40,786 nucleotides of DNA from Octopus bimaculoides (Eukaryota), in NCBI RefSeq assembly GCF_001194135.2, contig NC_069003.1, positions 35,470,848 to 35,511,633 of the forward strand. Reading direction: 5' to 3'. The position numbers and the translations under genes are program-made. Each line of letters opens with the position of its first letter. Position 1 is the stretch's first letter. Under the pieces are notes generated by a model, which saw nothing but the letters and a program-made list of their open reading frames with translations, had not been told where the DNA came from and did not search any database. Of the stretch, positions 1 to 12,320 are shown piece after piece.

Positions 1-260
1 TATATATATAGATACACATACACGCATATGCATATACACATGCACACACACAGGGATATATTACTATATCTTTCTACTCTAACGAATTCCATATCAGATG
101 AACGTTCCCCAATGGAAATTATATATATTTACATACTTCACAAATCTTATATTTGTTTATGAAACACACACACACACATGTACCGTATGTATAAATATGT
201 ATATATATTTATATGTATATGCGAGTGAATATATTTCGTGTATATATATTGTTATAAGTA

Positions 261-264
<4 letters not shown>

Positions 265-300
<36 letters not shown>

Positions 301-333
301 NNNNNNNNNNNNNNNNNNNNNNNNNNNNNNNNN

Positions 334-376
<43 letters not shown>

Positions 377-646
377 ATTTGTATATCTATACCCATGTGT
401 TAACCCATCTATCAGTATATCGATACCGATCCACACATACATCGTAATTCACAGGCTTATATCTTACATAAATTGTTAACACTCACTATAATGTTATGAG
501 TGTGTAAAAGAGAATCATTTGAAATTTTAGGTTTAAACAAGTTTTTATTACATAACAATACATAGCTAACTTATATATTTCGCAATGATGTCCATTAATC
601 GGACAGTATGAAGAAACCGCTTTATGGTGAATGGTGTGAGTCAGTT

Positions 647-713
<67 letters not shown>

Positions 714-900
714 CTCTCTCTCTCTGATCGCACGTGTGCATTTATTACACACACATTCTACACTCACTCGCTCGCAATCGCACATTTTTACACATACACA
801 CACACACACACACACGCACGCACACGCACCCGCACACGCACCCGCACACGCACACGCACACACACACACACACACATACACACCCACCCACATATCACGC
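265..900. repeat. Microsatellite block: (TA)n around a gap, (TC)n/(TCTA)n, (CA)n/(CACG)n
   Basis: Directly visible. Confidence 0.95.
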
Positions 901-1879
901 ACGCACATTTAAGATGTGTGCAAAAATAGTTATATATATATACGTGTGTGTCTGTTTTTATATATGTATATATGCATATATACGTTTGTGTTACATATAT
1001 GTGTGTATGTGTGTTTGTGTGTGCATATGTGTTTAACTTTTACATCACCAACGCCTGTATTTCTGCGCATCATAACGACAATAAGTTCTAATATGATTGG
1101 TCAGCTTACCTGTGTCCAAATTTCTATTGGATAAATACATGCACAATGGACAGGCCCCGGCGTTTGATCGATTCGTCGTTTTAGAGATTTTTGACCGAAA
1201 GTGGTGACATGCTATAACGCTTGAATACCGGGTTTTGCGTTCATCAGAGATAACAACACTGCAACTGTGTCTGCAAAACTTTCATTACAAAACTGTGGTT
1301 ACAGGAGGCACACTGAGCCACACACGGGGCTTGGGTTCACACATGCAATGTTGTCTGATGGTAGGAAGGCATGTCGAGTGTGGGTGAGAAAACAACAACA
1401 ACAACAACAACAACTGTAGCAACATCAACACCAACACAGTAGCACCAGTAACTATAGAAAGAAAAAAAAGAACGACTTCAAAGGAATTTTCAAAGATTTC
1501 CAATTATCTGTGTAGCACTACGACACCAACATGATAAATAGATAAACAGTTTATTGTGGAAACGAATATTTACATATACCATACAAAGTTTGCAGAGTGT
1601 TGACAGAGTGTCTGCGCTTTCAAAAGAGGTCCAGACAAAACATACATCGTGCTGCTAATGGTGTAAGACTTACACTTTACCATTAATAGAAATATCTGTA
1701 AAACTGATTAAGGGATATTTCAAACAGAGCTCAGTGATTCTAGTAAAAGAAACGGGTTGCGCTATCGTAATTGGTCTATGTACAATGATGCACACACATC
1801 TACACACACTGCCATACAAATACGCACGTAATCATACACACACACACACACACACACGCACGCACACGCACACGCACGC

Positions 1880-1917
<38 letters not shown>

Positions 1918-2153
1918 ACACACACACTCAAGCACTCGAAAATCCGATACCCCACCGCACAAACCAATAGTTCATTCCGTGCAGTCAAACGCTAATGGAA
2001 TCACCATACGAAAGGAATTGAAGACACAATTCTAAGTTCCTTAAACAAGACACTTCACTGTTGTTAACATATTGCTTCCGATTTCCTATCATCTATAATG
2101 CTCTTAAGCGAATAGCATATAATTATTAGCCATGTATATACATAGACGTGTGT

Positions 2154-2387
2154 TATTTCTTTACTACCCACAAGGGGCTACACACAGAGGGGACAAACAA
2201 GGACAGACAAACGGATTAAGTCGATTATATCGACCCCAGTGCGTAACTAGTACTTATTTAATCGACCCCGAAAGGATGAAAGGCAAAGTCGACCTCGGCG
2301 GAATTTGAACTCAGAACGTAGCGGCAGACGAAATACCGCTAAGCATTTCGCCCGGCGTGCTAACGTTTCTGCCAGCTCGCCGCCTTA
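2154..2387 (-). mobile_element. Full-length young tRNA-derived SINE (octopus OR1/MetaSINE-like) with 19-bp TSD
   Basis: Reverse complement reads aaggcggcgagctggcagaaacgttagc...gagttcaaattcc (tRNA A/B boxes) then ggtcgactttgcctttcatcctttcggggtcgat. It is flanked by identical tatatacatagacgtgtgt at 2135-2153 and 2388-2406. The family name is from memory. Confidence 0.9.
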
Positions 2388-2399
2388 TATATACATAGA

Positions 2400-3080
2400 C
2401 GTGTGTGTGTGTGTGTGTATACATACATACATAGACATGTATATACACATGTATATACTTATATATATACATACACACACACATATATGTATACATATAC
2501 ATATACATACACGTATGCATACGCACGCATTTACATGGGCGTACTTGTATATATACATAATGTGTCACTATGTATATAAAATATATATTATGTGTGTGTA
2601 TATGTGCGTGCTTGTGTGTGTATGTGAGTGTGCTTGCGGACGTATGTGCGTGGCCAAACATTAAAAGACCATACCGTCGGTTTCATGCAGTCAATATATG
2701 GACGCATGGTGACAGTATTAGTGAGAATAACTTATACACACGTGCACTTATATTAAGCACACACACACATACACACATGTATTTATGTGTGTACATATGC
2801 ACACGCACAAACACGTGTATTAATATATGCGAGCACACTCACACACATAATTATGTATGTACATATACACACACGGAAACACATGTATAATAGTATACGC
2901 ACACGTATTTATGTATGTACATATACACACACGCAAAGACATGTATAATAATATACTCACACACACACGAATATACGCACACACACACACACACACAAGT
3001 ATTTATGTATGTATATATACACACGTGCCAACACGTATAATAATATACACGCACGCATACACACACACACATACACACAC
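2400..3080. repeat. (GT)/(TA)/(CA) low-complexity region containing a degenerate minisatellite of about 60-90 bp
   Basis: The motif (g)tatttatgtatgtacatatacacac recurs near 2779, 2848, 2905 and 2999. Confidence 0.8.
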
Positions 3081-4085
3081 CCTAAACATCGTGCCTGCAC
3101 AACTGTACAATCCCTTCACTAGCTGTCGAATGTAGACCGCAACGGTTATCGCGCCCTCCTACCGTGTCGCACACTATTGAAGCTAGAAGGAAATCCCGGT
3201 TTCTTTCTGGTACACATTCTAGCACACTTGCTCTCCCTTCTGATCCATGCACACACTACACCGAATCGGGTGCACTTGTAACCTCTGAAACCGTGTAGCA
3301 GCAATTTGCTTTCCATTATTTTCTCAAGAATGGTTGTCCTCTCAGTTTACGCTCATTTCCTTTTTGCCCCTGCCATCTTCACCAACAGACATTTCCTACT
3401 CGCTCTCCATTTGACGCATCACTGCTTTGCTAACCTTCTTAAGTCCAATATCAATCACAAAAGCCATCATAGATCAATCTATTAGCCTACTGCAGGACGC
3501 GCTGCTCTTTAGTATCCTCGTGATTAAGGTCCTTCGTTTTCCGAATCTACACCCGATTACTTTCGCAATATATCGTCAACTCAACGAACAACCTTGTGTT
3601 TATCAAGTCAGATGATGTTGAAAGGTCAGATGTCAAGCCATTGTTTACTTATTGCGGTATGGCTTGGGAATACAGGTGTTCTCTTCAAATCTAAGCGCGC
3701 TGGTTTATATACACATACATACATACAAATGAATGTATGTATATATGCAAGTATATACACACTTCTGCATATGCTTGTGAGAAATACATGTAAACCCGTT
3801 CATTGCTTCAAATGAAGCGTTAAGTCACTGCAATTTATTTCCACAAAACATCTGTAGTTTTTTTTTTGCCCATGATTGATGCTTGGAGATAGACATAATG
3901 TTTACGTTTGCCTATATAAATGGTGTAGGCTAGAAGTCTATAGATGAATCATATATTCTGAAGTAGACAACTGCTCTGAAACAAGACACTGGTAACAGAA
4001 GTCAGGACAAGTTATAGTGACCTGCTTTGAACTGCCGACGTTGATGAGAAGTGGAGACAGAGAAGGCTGCAACACCATTGAAATT

Positions 4086-4210
4086 CATTTCAGACGTGTA
4101 AAGTGGGTTAACATGAAATAAAATGTCTTACTTAAAGATGCAACGAGTCATCCGGTCTAGGAATCGAACACAAAACTTCATGATAGTGAGTCAAACATTC
4201 TAACTACTAC
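4086..4210 (-). mobile_element. Degraded tRNA-derived CORE-type SINE (OR2-like)
   Basis: Inverted diverged copy of 4847-4980. The B-box reverse complement gaatcgaac is at 4161-4169, and catttc...aacatgaaataaaatgtctt matches the CORE-like segment. Confidence 0.7.
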
Positions 4211-4846
4211 GTCTTTTCTCCTATAAATGCCTCGAAAAAATATATGAAAGATACGTATCTATTGCACACACACCATTGCACTAAATAGGAATAAGATTAA
4301 TAGTGGGCACTCCTCTTCAGAACTCTCTATTCATTCAAAACCAACTCCTTTTCGTCTGGGCACCGTACATCGCCTGTTGTATTTAAAATGATTTGCATCT
4401 AATCTCTGACTCCACGCTGCAATGCTAGAAACAATAATAAACAAACAAAAATGTCATCGTTCTTATCAGTGTTGCTGACATTTTAACACAGGCATCAACA
4501 AGGTCGTTAAACTTGTGACTTCCGGTGTGACCATTATCAGCACCTCATTCCCTGAACATATACTCTAACCTTCACGGTAATCCCCGCCTCGTTATCGTCG
4601 TCATTTTCAGTCACAATCTACCAAACATTATTAGCATCAAACCGTCGCTATTACATCACTAACAATTTCGCGTTCATCTTCGTGCTTCCCTCTTTCCTTC
4701 TCCCCCTCAACAGCAACAACAGCAACATTATCTCCACATCATGAACATCAACGATATTCTCATGATCACTTACACCATCTTTTTCACCATTTTCATCAGA
4801 ATCGACCGGCATTATCAGTATTAATAATTTTATTAAATGTTATTAT

Positions 4847-4980
4847 GACTCAGTGGTTAAAACGTCGGGCTCACAATCATGATGTTGTGAGTTCGATTCC
4901 CAGACCGGGCTGTGTGTTGTGTTCTTGAGCAAGACACTCTTTTCACGTTGCTCCAGTTCATTCATCTGTAGAAATGAGTG
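4847..4980 (+). mobile_element. tRNA-derived CORE-type SINE (OR2-like), head plus core
   Basis: A box ctcagtggttaa, B box gttcgattcc (4891-4900), then ttgagcaagacact...catctgtagaaatgag, which resembles the MIR/CORE domain. Confidence 0.8.
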
Positions 4981-5139
4981 GCGACGATGTTGTTGATGAT
5001 GTAGCTGACGACTTAGGTTCGATTCATCAGAGGAAGGTTTGACACCACCGAACCACTTCTCTTGGTTAAAAGCCAGACATAAATGTCTAAATGAATCCGA
5101 TGTATCTTCAGTAGAGGCAGCTTATAATGTATGCCTGTA

Positions 5140-5152
5140 TGCATGCATGTGT

Positions 5153-5188
<36 letters not shown>

Positions 5189-5213
5189 GCGTGCGTGTGT
5201 GTGTGTGTGTGTG

Positions 5214-5246
<33 letters not shown>

Positions 5247-5258
5247 TTGTGTGTGTGT
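5140..5258. repeat. (GT)n microsatellite
   Basis: Directly visible. Confidence 0.95.
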
Positions 5259-5499
5259 TTTCTTAAGGTTAAGGCAATGAAAACGAAACTTTGCTTATGC
5301 TGTTCCCAAACTCTCCGAAACATGTGACATTCATGGCGTTATGATTTCGCTGATATAGTTGCAAGCAGATGATTTCAGGAAAACCCTTTGCATGGAAGAT
5401 ATTTTAGAGATTCTATACAGAAATTCTGTACAAGAAGAATTGAGTATAACGTTAGGGAAAGGCCTGGGCAATATGCTTAAGAAGAGCACGTGAGATGAA

Positions 5500-5850
5500 T
5501 ACATTGAAGTTGCTGAACATCAATAAGGCAGAGAGGTTGAAGTGAGTGTGCGAGAGGCTTGATATCAGAGAAGTATCCTCGCTGTGAATATAGTCTGATG
5601 TTGACATGTGTTACAGCAGCGCCATGTTAGATATGAAGGTAGTAGATATTGGGCATTCCACCCCATCGTGAGCTTTCTACAACAAGGAGTTGGGGGCTAA
5701 ATTAATCTTTTTAGCTCTGAAGAGGAATTAATGTCCTTGAGAGGCAGCAGTGGCTATTGACGTTATGCATTCACAGGGAGAGATATTAATAGTTATTGCT
5801 GGAACGATACAGCATTTGAAGCGATCGGTAAGGTTCTAGACTCTAGCTTT
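5500..5850 (-). mobile_element. Degraded CR1/L2-group LINE ORF2 C-terminal fragment
   Basis: Frameshifted minus-strand translation gives ITSIATAASQ..FLFRAKK..LL.KA, then HI*HGAAVTH...DIKPLAHSLQPL. This matches the post-RT region of such LINEs (ITSIAK.ASQKL.FLFRA...HIWDGAA.TH...LQPL, from memory). Confidence 0.65.
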
Positions 5851-5940
5851 ATTCAAGTATAAGCAGAATGGGCATGGGGTGGGGTATAAGACTGAAAATA
5901 TTATTTTCAGATGTGCAGTGATCGTATGGTTGCATACACG

Positions 5941-5975
<35 letters not shown>

Positions 5976-6137
5976 GTACATATATGTGTGTGTAGTAGGT
6001 TATATGTGAGAGAATAAATATGTGTATACAAGTGCTTATGAATGTATATTACATAGCTACGTGATTGTATAAAGTTACGTTCAAATAAGGCAAGCATAAA
6101 GACACCTGCATATAGATACTTAGACCAAGATAATGTT

Positions 6138-6139
<2 letters not shown>

Positions 6140-6187
<48 letters not shown>

Positions 6188-6737
6188 NNNNNNNNNNNNN
6201 NNNNNNNNNNNNNNNNNNNNNNNNNNNNNNNNNNNNNNNNNNNNNNNNNNNNNNNNNNNNNNNNNNNNNNNNNNNNNNNNNNNNNNNNNNNNNNNNNNNN
6301 NNNNNNNNNNNNNNNNNNNNNNNNNNNNNNNNNNNNNNNNNNNNNNNNNNNNNNNNNNNNNNNNNNNNNNNNNNNNNNNNNNNNNNNNNNNNNNNNNNNN
6401 NNNNNNNNNNNNNNNNNNNNNNNNNNNNNNNNNNNNNNNNNNNNNNNNNNNNNNNNNNNNNNNNNNNNNNNNNNNNNNNNNNNNNNNNNNNNNNNNNNNN
6501 NNNNNNNNNNNNNNNNNNNNNNNNNNNNNNNNNNNNNNNNNNNNNNNNNNNNNNNNNNNNNNNNNNNNNNNNNNNNNNNNNNNNNNNNNNNNNNNNNNNN
6601 NNNNNNNNNNNNNNNNNNNNNNNNNNNNNNNNNNNNNNNNNNNNNNNNNNNNNNNNNNNNNNNNNNNNNNNNNNNNNNNNNNNNNNNNNNNNNNNNNNNN
6701 NNNNNNNNNNNNNNNNNNNNNNNNNNNNNNNNNNNNN

Positions 6738-6782
<45 letters not shown>

Positions 6783-6798
6783 AGATAGAGATAGAGGT

Positions 6799-6844
<46 letters not shown>

Positions 6845-6910
6845 AGAGAGTGTCACCAAGAGATAGAGAAAGAGAGACTCATATTTACAAGTGTGTGTGT
6901 GTGTGTGTGC
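6140..6910. repeat. (TA)n-flanked assembly gap followed by (AG)n and (GT)n
   Basis: Directly visible. Confidence 0.95.
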
Positions 6911-7519
6911 GCGTGTTTGTGCTTTTATATATAGCTATACATCATATATATACATATACATATATATATATATTAGGGTACTACATAAGCACCTGCTTCG
7001 CTAAAAATAGAAGTCAAAGTACTCCTAAACCACAGAAGAATCACTAAATTTATGCAGACATGATAACGTTTTTATTTTTAGGAATAATAATGTTCTCTCT
7101 CTCTCATATATATATATATATGTGCATGTATGTATGTATGTGTACGCACACACATTGTCCATTAGCATACATTTGTATTCGTGTGAAAGTACACTTAGAT
7201 GTAGGCATACTCACATAAATAAAAAAAAATGGACATATATGTGTGTGTGTGTGTTTTTGTGTGTGTGTGTTTTTGTGTGTGTGTGTGTATACGGCTATAT
7301 AAAACGAATTAACGTACGTACACTTACAGAAAACGTGTTTAGTTTGGATTTGGGGCTTTTTAAAGAACATCCGGATGTTTGCATGCATGTATGTTTGTGT
7401 GTATGCTCCTTTCTATATTTGTATCTATCTAATTATGTATGCACAAATGTGTGCATGTATACGTGGTGGAGTGTATGCATGCATGTAAGCAAGTAGATAT
7501 GTAACATGTACTTCTTTCA

Positions 7520-7645
7520 CATATGTATGTATATATGTATGTATGTATCCATGCATGTATGTATGTATGTATGTATGTATGTATGTATGTATGTGTGTGT
7601 GTATGTATGTATGTATGTATGCATGCATGCATGTATGTATATATG
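7520..7645. repeat. (TATG)n tetranucleotide microsatellite
   Basis: Directly visible. Confidence 0.95.
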
Positions 7646-7780
7646 TCTCTAAATATCAGTAAATGCCTCTATCCATCTCACTCTTCTTAATGTGCATGCA
7701 TTCCATTTGCCAGTTCTTATATTAGTATATGAATGTGTGTATGTGTGTATGTGTGTTTGTGTGTGTTTTTTTTGGGGGGG

Positions 7781-7918
7781 GGCGGGGCGGGGGGTTATTG
7801 TATGAGTGTCTATTAAGCATCAGGACATAGACTTGCTCCCAAAACATAAATCCGGTCAGAGTTACCAATCTTAGATTTGCAATCCTTAGTCTTATGACGT
7901 AAATCAGCTTTGACGTCA
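7781..7918. promoter_or_regulatory. Cluster of GC-box, CCAAT and two CRE motifs
   Basis: ggcggggcgg at 7781-7790, ccaat at 7865-7869, tgacgtaa at 7895-7902 and tgacgtca at 7911-7918. Confidence 0.3.
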
Positions 7919-10085
7919 TAGAAATGTGCGTATTCTACTTTTAACCACGTCCAAATCACTCAAAACACAGAACCAAATGTGTCTATGTATACGTACGAAC
8001 GTGTGTGTATGTGTGTGTGGTGTGTGTCTGTGTTCGTGTGTGAGTGTTTCTGTACGTATAGATGTATGTATATGCATATATATATTTGTATGAATATATG
8101 TTTATGTACGTATGAATGTATGCATGTATTTACATATGGAGAACATCTTTACTTACAGACATTTTGTGCTGAAATCACAGCTGTTATAGGCTTTTCTTTT
8201 TAACTTACCCTATTTTTGTAAAAGTCTCTTGCAGTTTCCCTGGCCTTATTTTCAGGATAAATTTATATTTGTGGTGTTGTAGAGTATTTTACAGCAGGCG
8301 AGGCCAAAAGGGTTAGGGCAGACATTGCCGCTAAAGTTTTAATTTTTTAACTGATAATTTCAAATCTCCTTTTCTCAGAGACTTACGTGACGAGCTTGTA
8401 TAGTGTATCATGAATGGTACGCTATACAAGCCCGTCCGAATACTGCATTATTTTGTGCGAAAATCAAGTAGTTCATGTAAAACGCTTATACTCATTAAAT
8501 GATATTTATCTCTCATCGAACTGAGTGATTTGTAATGGTCCTCTCAACAGCCCTTCTCGCACCACGCACAAAGCCCTATACCGAACACTGCATCCGACCA
8601 CTTCTTCCCAAATGTCGGTTCTCTGGGATTTTTTCATTTATGTCTTAACTGGTGTTCATTTGAAACGTTTCAAACAGGACATCAATGGCATCAATCACAC
8701 GAGGCTACAGTCAATAGATATGATCCAGAGACTCTCAGTATAGAAAACATTTAGTAGCACTCAACACTATCGAAAGCCCACCTAAAAGCAATGAATAAGA
8801 TGGAAAAATCAGAAAATGGGACGTGCTGAACTACAACATTCTCCTTGATTTGTCACGAGGTCAAAATCATCTCATCGGTGCTTTTAGACAAACCAAATCG
8901 ACGCTGGTTTTCTGAAAAAATTCGCTTGCAATATCCTGAGCGGTGTTTTTGGTTAGAATTTTCTCTGAAATTTTGTGAAGTGAAATTCTTCGACAGATTT
9001 GAACTTTCCATAGTTGTTCAACTTTCCCTTTGTAAATGGTGACTGTTTATCCTTCCTTAGATTGCTAGGGAAGATTTCTAGGGTGCCAGCGCTCTGAAAA
9101 TTGCTGGTCTATAGCGTAAATTTTCCCAGCATATTTATAGACTTCTATAGGGATACTATCAACAGCGCAAATTCACATGCACACCTACACACAATTACAG
9201 GCACACTCACGCGTGCACACACATACACGCACCTACACTCACACATATACACACCTACACTCATACATACACACACCTACACTCACATATACGCACACGT
9301 GCACCCACACACGCACGCCTTGCGCATATATATTTATACATATTTGCTTCCCTGATCGGTGTATTAACTTATAAGTGAAACCTTATTGAAAGTAATTCTA
9401 ATTTGAACTCCTTACACATACAATGTGTAAATATGATATACATAGCAGCATAATTAGGTAGCAAATGTTACTTATTAAGAAACTTTTTTTAATAATAATC
9501 AAACAATTATTTAAGGATTATCGTTAAATTCAGTATTTGCATATTAATATGATGTTTACCTCTTTAGACGCAGAACCAACACTTGAAACTAATTATAATT
9601 AATGTTGTGATGTAATGTTAACTGATTTAAGAAAAATGAAACTGTCATTTAGAATAACTTCAATAATACTAAATCATTTAAGGTGGAGAATATTGAATTA
9701 AAAAATTAAGACCCTCTGATATGTTGTTATATAAAGTACGTACCTCTGTACAGCGGCTAGAGTATTGCAAATGATCTCCCTCATCTATAATAAAATTTGA
9801 CTCTATTACCCAGTCAAAAATAATAATTATTTATTAATAAATTAATAAAATAGCTTGTATTTCACACACCCACTTGCATATTCACACATACACACATCGC
9901 ACACAAGCACTATACACACACACATACATACACACACGTATACAATGTATGGACATGAATATGTGTGTGTATGTGTGTTCAGTTTGTCAAACAATCATAG
10001 TCTGCTGAAGTTTCGCTTAGTAGCTGATCTAATTACAATATATGTGTGTGTGTGTGTGTGCGTGTGTGTGTGTGTGTACATATAT

Positions 10086-10457
10086 AGGGAGGTAGACAAT
10101 GGCCCAGTGGTTAGGGCAGTGGACTCGCGGTCACAGGATCGTGGCTTCGATTCCCAGACCGGGCGTTATGAGTGTTTATTGAGCGAAAACACTTAAAGCT
10201 CCACGAAGCTCCGGCGGGGTGGGGGTGGGGTGGAGAACCCTGCTGTACTCTTTTACCACAACTTTTTCTCACTCTCTTTTCCTGTGTTTCAAAGGGCCAG
10301 CCTTGTCACACACTGTGTCACGCTGAATCTCCCCGAGAACAACGTTAGGGTACACGTGTCTGTGGAGTGCTCAGCCACTTGCACGTTAATTTCACGAGCA
10401 GGCTGTTCCGTTGATTGGGTCAACTGGAACTCTCGTCGTCGTAACCGACGGAGTGCC
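10086..10457 (+). mobile_element. Near full-length tRNA-derived SINE of a third family
   Basis: tRNA head ggcccagtggttagggcagtggactcgcgg...ttcgattccc, a central cagccacttgcacgttaatttcacgagc segment, and a 3' end cgtcgtaaccgacggagtgcc as in abundant octopus SINEs. Confidence 0.8.
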
Positions 10458-11539
10458 GTAAGGTATATATATATGTATATCTGTGTGTGTATGTGTGTAT
10501 TTGTATGTACTATATTGTGATCGTTCCCTGTGTCAGCATCCTTCCGGAAGATGTTTCCGCCTTAGTAATCTCTACCTCAATTGCCGAATTACAGTCCAAG
10601 ACAATTCTCTGATATTGCACTGAATGTATATTCAGAGATTTGGGTCTCTTCCGATATTGTGTTTTGTCTTAGCAAATACTACGTTACACTAACCATTCAG
10701 TGGAATGTGAATTTGTTCATATTAAATTACTTCCTTTGATATGTATGTGTGTATGTGTATGTGGGTGTAGTTGTCATCGTCATCGTCTTCGTAGTAACGG
10801 CAATAACAGTAGCAGTAGCAGTGGTAGTAGTAGTGATGATTGTAGTAGTATAGGTTGTATGCATTTTCTTTTTCCTTTCCTTCCATCTGCTATCTCACTA
10901 ACGTATTATATATCATAAAGCGATGTGAATGGGTTTAAAAAATTCTTTCAGTTAAGTCTCTCTGCCTATTTGTCTAAGATCACAATATAGTGTTTGTTTG
11001 GAACTCGTCTGATCTTCTAAAATCCAGCCTTTGTTGTTTAGAAAGAAGTTCATTGGATGCTTTAAATATATGACACACGCCATCGAAATGTTAGTTATGA
11101 AATCACTTCTCAGTTGCATTCATTCATTTCAGTAAAGTTGAATGAATGAATGGTGTAGAAATGTGTATTAGTCGGTTGGTTGTAGTTGCAGACATTCAGT
11201 ACTCATCGTGAAGCTAAACTGTTCAGAAGCAGGTATTTTTTCACTTAAAGATATCTTGCTATGTCTTCCCAAAATTTGTCGAATAGGTGTTTGTAAATAT
11301 CACATCAAAAGAAAACACTCAGTGGCATCACGAACAATAACAATAAAAAGTTTCTCTGACGTGTACAGAAGATCTTATAAGTACCTCTAGAGTACATGCA
11401 TTGTAATGTACTTGTTGATTCCCAAGCAACGAATGACAAAGTAGAACCTGTAGATAATTAAACTTACAACATCAAAGGATGAACCGAAATATTATATTCT
11501 ACAGTTTCTATTGTTCCACTGTCGGAAGAACTACAACCA

Positions 11540-11625
11540 CAATAAGGCCAACTATTTTGGGTGTGGCAGGGTATAACTGACTTAATCGATCCCGGTAGCT
11601 GAATTTCATTTTATTGATCTCTGGT
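11540..11625 (-). mobile_element. SINE 3' remnant
   Basis: aaggcc..attttgggtgtgg...aatcgatccc...ttttattgatc resembles the tail and core of the 12112-12320 copy. Confidence 0.45.
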
Positions 11626-11859
11626 GTATTTGAACAGATTATAAATAGCTCCATGAAAGGAAGGCATATAGTTGCCTCCTATGCTGTTGATAGCGATCTC
11701 AAGGAACCGGAATGTTTGGGGTTAGAAGGTAAAGAGATGTAACTAATTATCACAAAGTATTTAATTCATATTCTCATGCTTTCATTAACATCAACATATG
11801 CACTCGCGAGGATTATATACGAACAATATAGGAGGCAGTACGTAACCAGAAGGCATTTC

Positions 11860-12100
11860 AGTGATTCTAGTAAGATTGAAAACGAAACCAGTCCTGGTAG
11901 GATTTGAATTTCAATCGTAAAAACGTAGAATTTTAATTGAAGAATGTCAAGAATTTTAACCAACTGATTGGATCTTGACCAGCCTTGATGATAAATGTTT
12001 CTGATATAAACACAAGACCTGCAATTTTGAAGATAACATCGATCTTATGCCGCGAAAGTTACTTTGTTTCATGGAAACCTCACGGATGAAGATGACCTCG
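11860..12100 (-). mobile_element. Two degraded SINE remnants (head at about 11890-11990, tail at about 11999-12100)
   Basis: ggtaggatttgaattt (B-box reverse complement) and ttctgatataaacacaagacctgcaattttgga (tail motif). Confidence 0.4.
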
Positions 12101-12111
12101 ATGGAAATAAT

Positions 12112-12320
12112 ATTTTCTACTAAAAGCACAAGGCCTGAAATTTGGTGGGAGATAACTAGACGATTACATTGATCCCAGTGTTTCACTGGTACTTAATTTA
12201 TCGATCTCTAAAAGGCTGAAAGGCTGAAAGGCAGAGTCGACCGCGGTGTAATTTGAACTTAGAACGTGAAGACGGGCGAAATACCTCTAAGCATTTCGTC
12301 CAGTGTGCTTATGATTCTAA
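12112..12320 (-). mobile_element. OR1/Meta-like SINE, moderately diverged
   Basis: gatcccagtg..actggtacttaatttatcgat...gaaaggcagagtcgacc...atttgaacttagaacgt...gaaatac...aagcatttcg aligns by eye to 2154-2387. It contains an internal ggctgaaa duplication. Confidence 0.8.

Noticed and set aside
1096-1130. Two ATTGG boxes 30 bp apart
   Set aside because: No other promoter support, and this is expected by chance in AT-rich DNA.
3135-3610. Higher-complexity segment that might be a TE fragment
   Set aside because: All frames I translated have stops and no convincing gag, RT or RNase H motif.
8817-8900. Weak mariner-like WDVL...DL...HL translation
   Set aside because: The diagnostic YSPDL motif is not recoverable, and the similarity is too low to call.
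4847-10160. tRNA-like A/B boxes at 4847 and 10100
   Set aside because: They continue into SINE bodies and lack a full cloverleaf with acceptor stem, so they are not tRNA genes.
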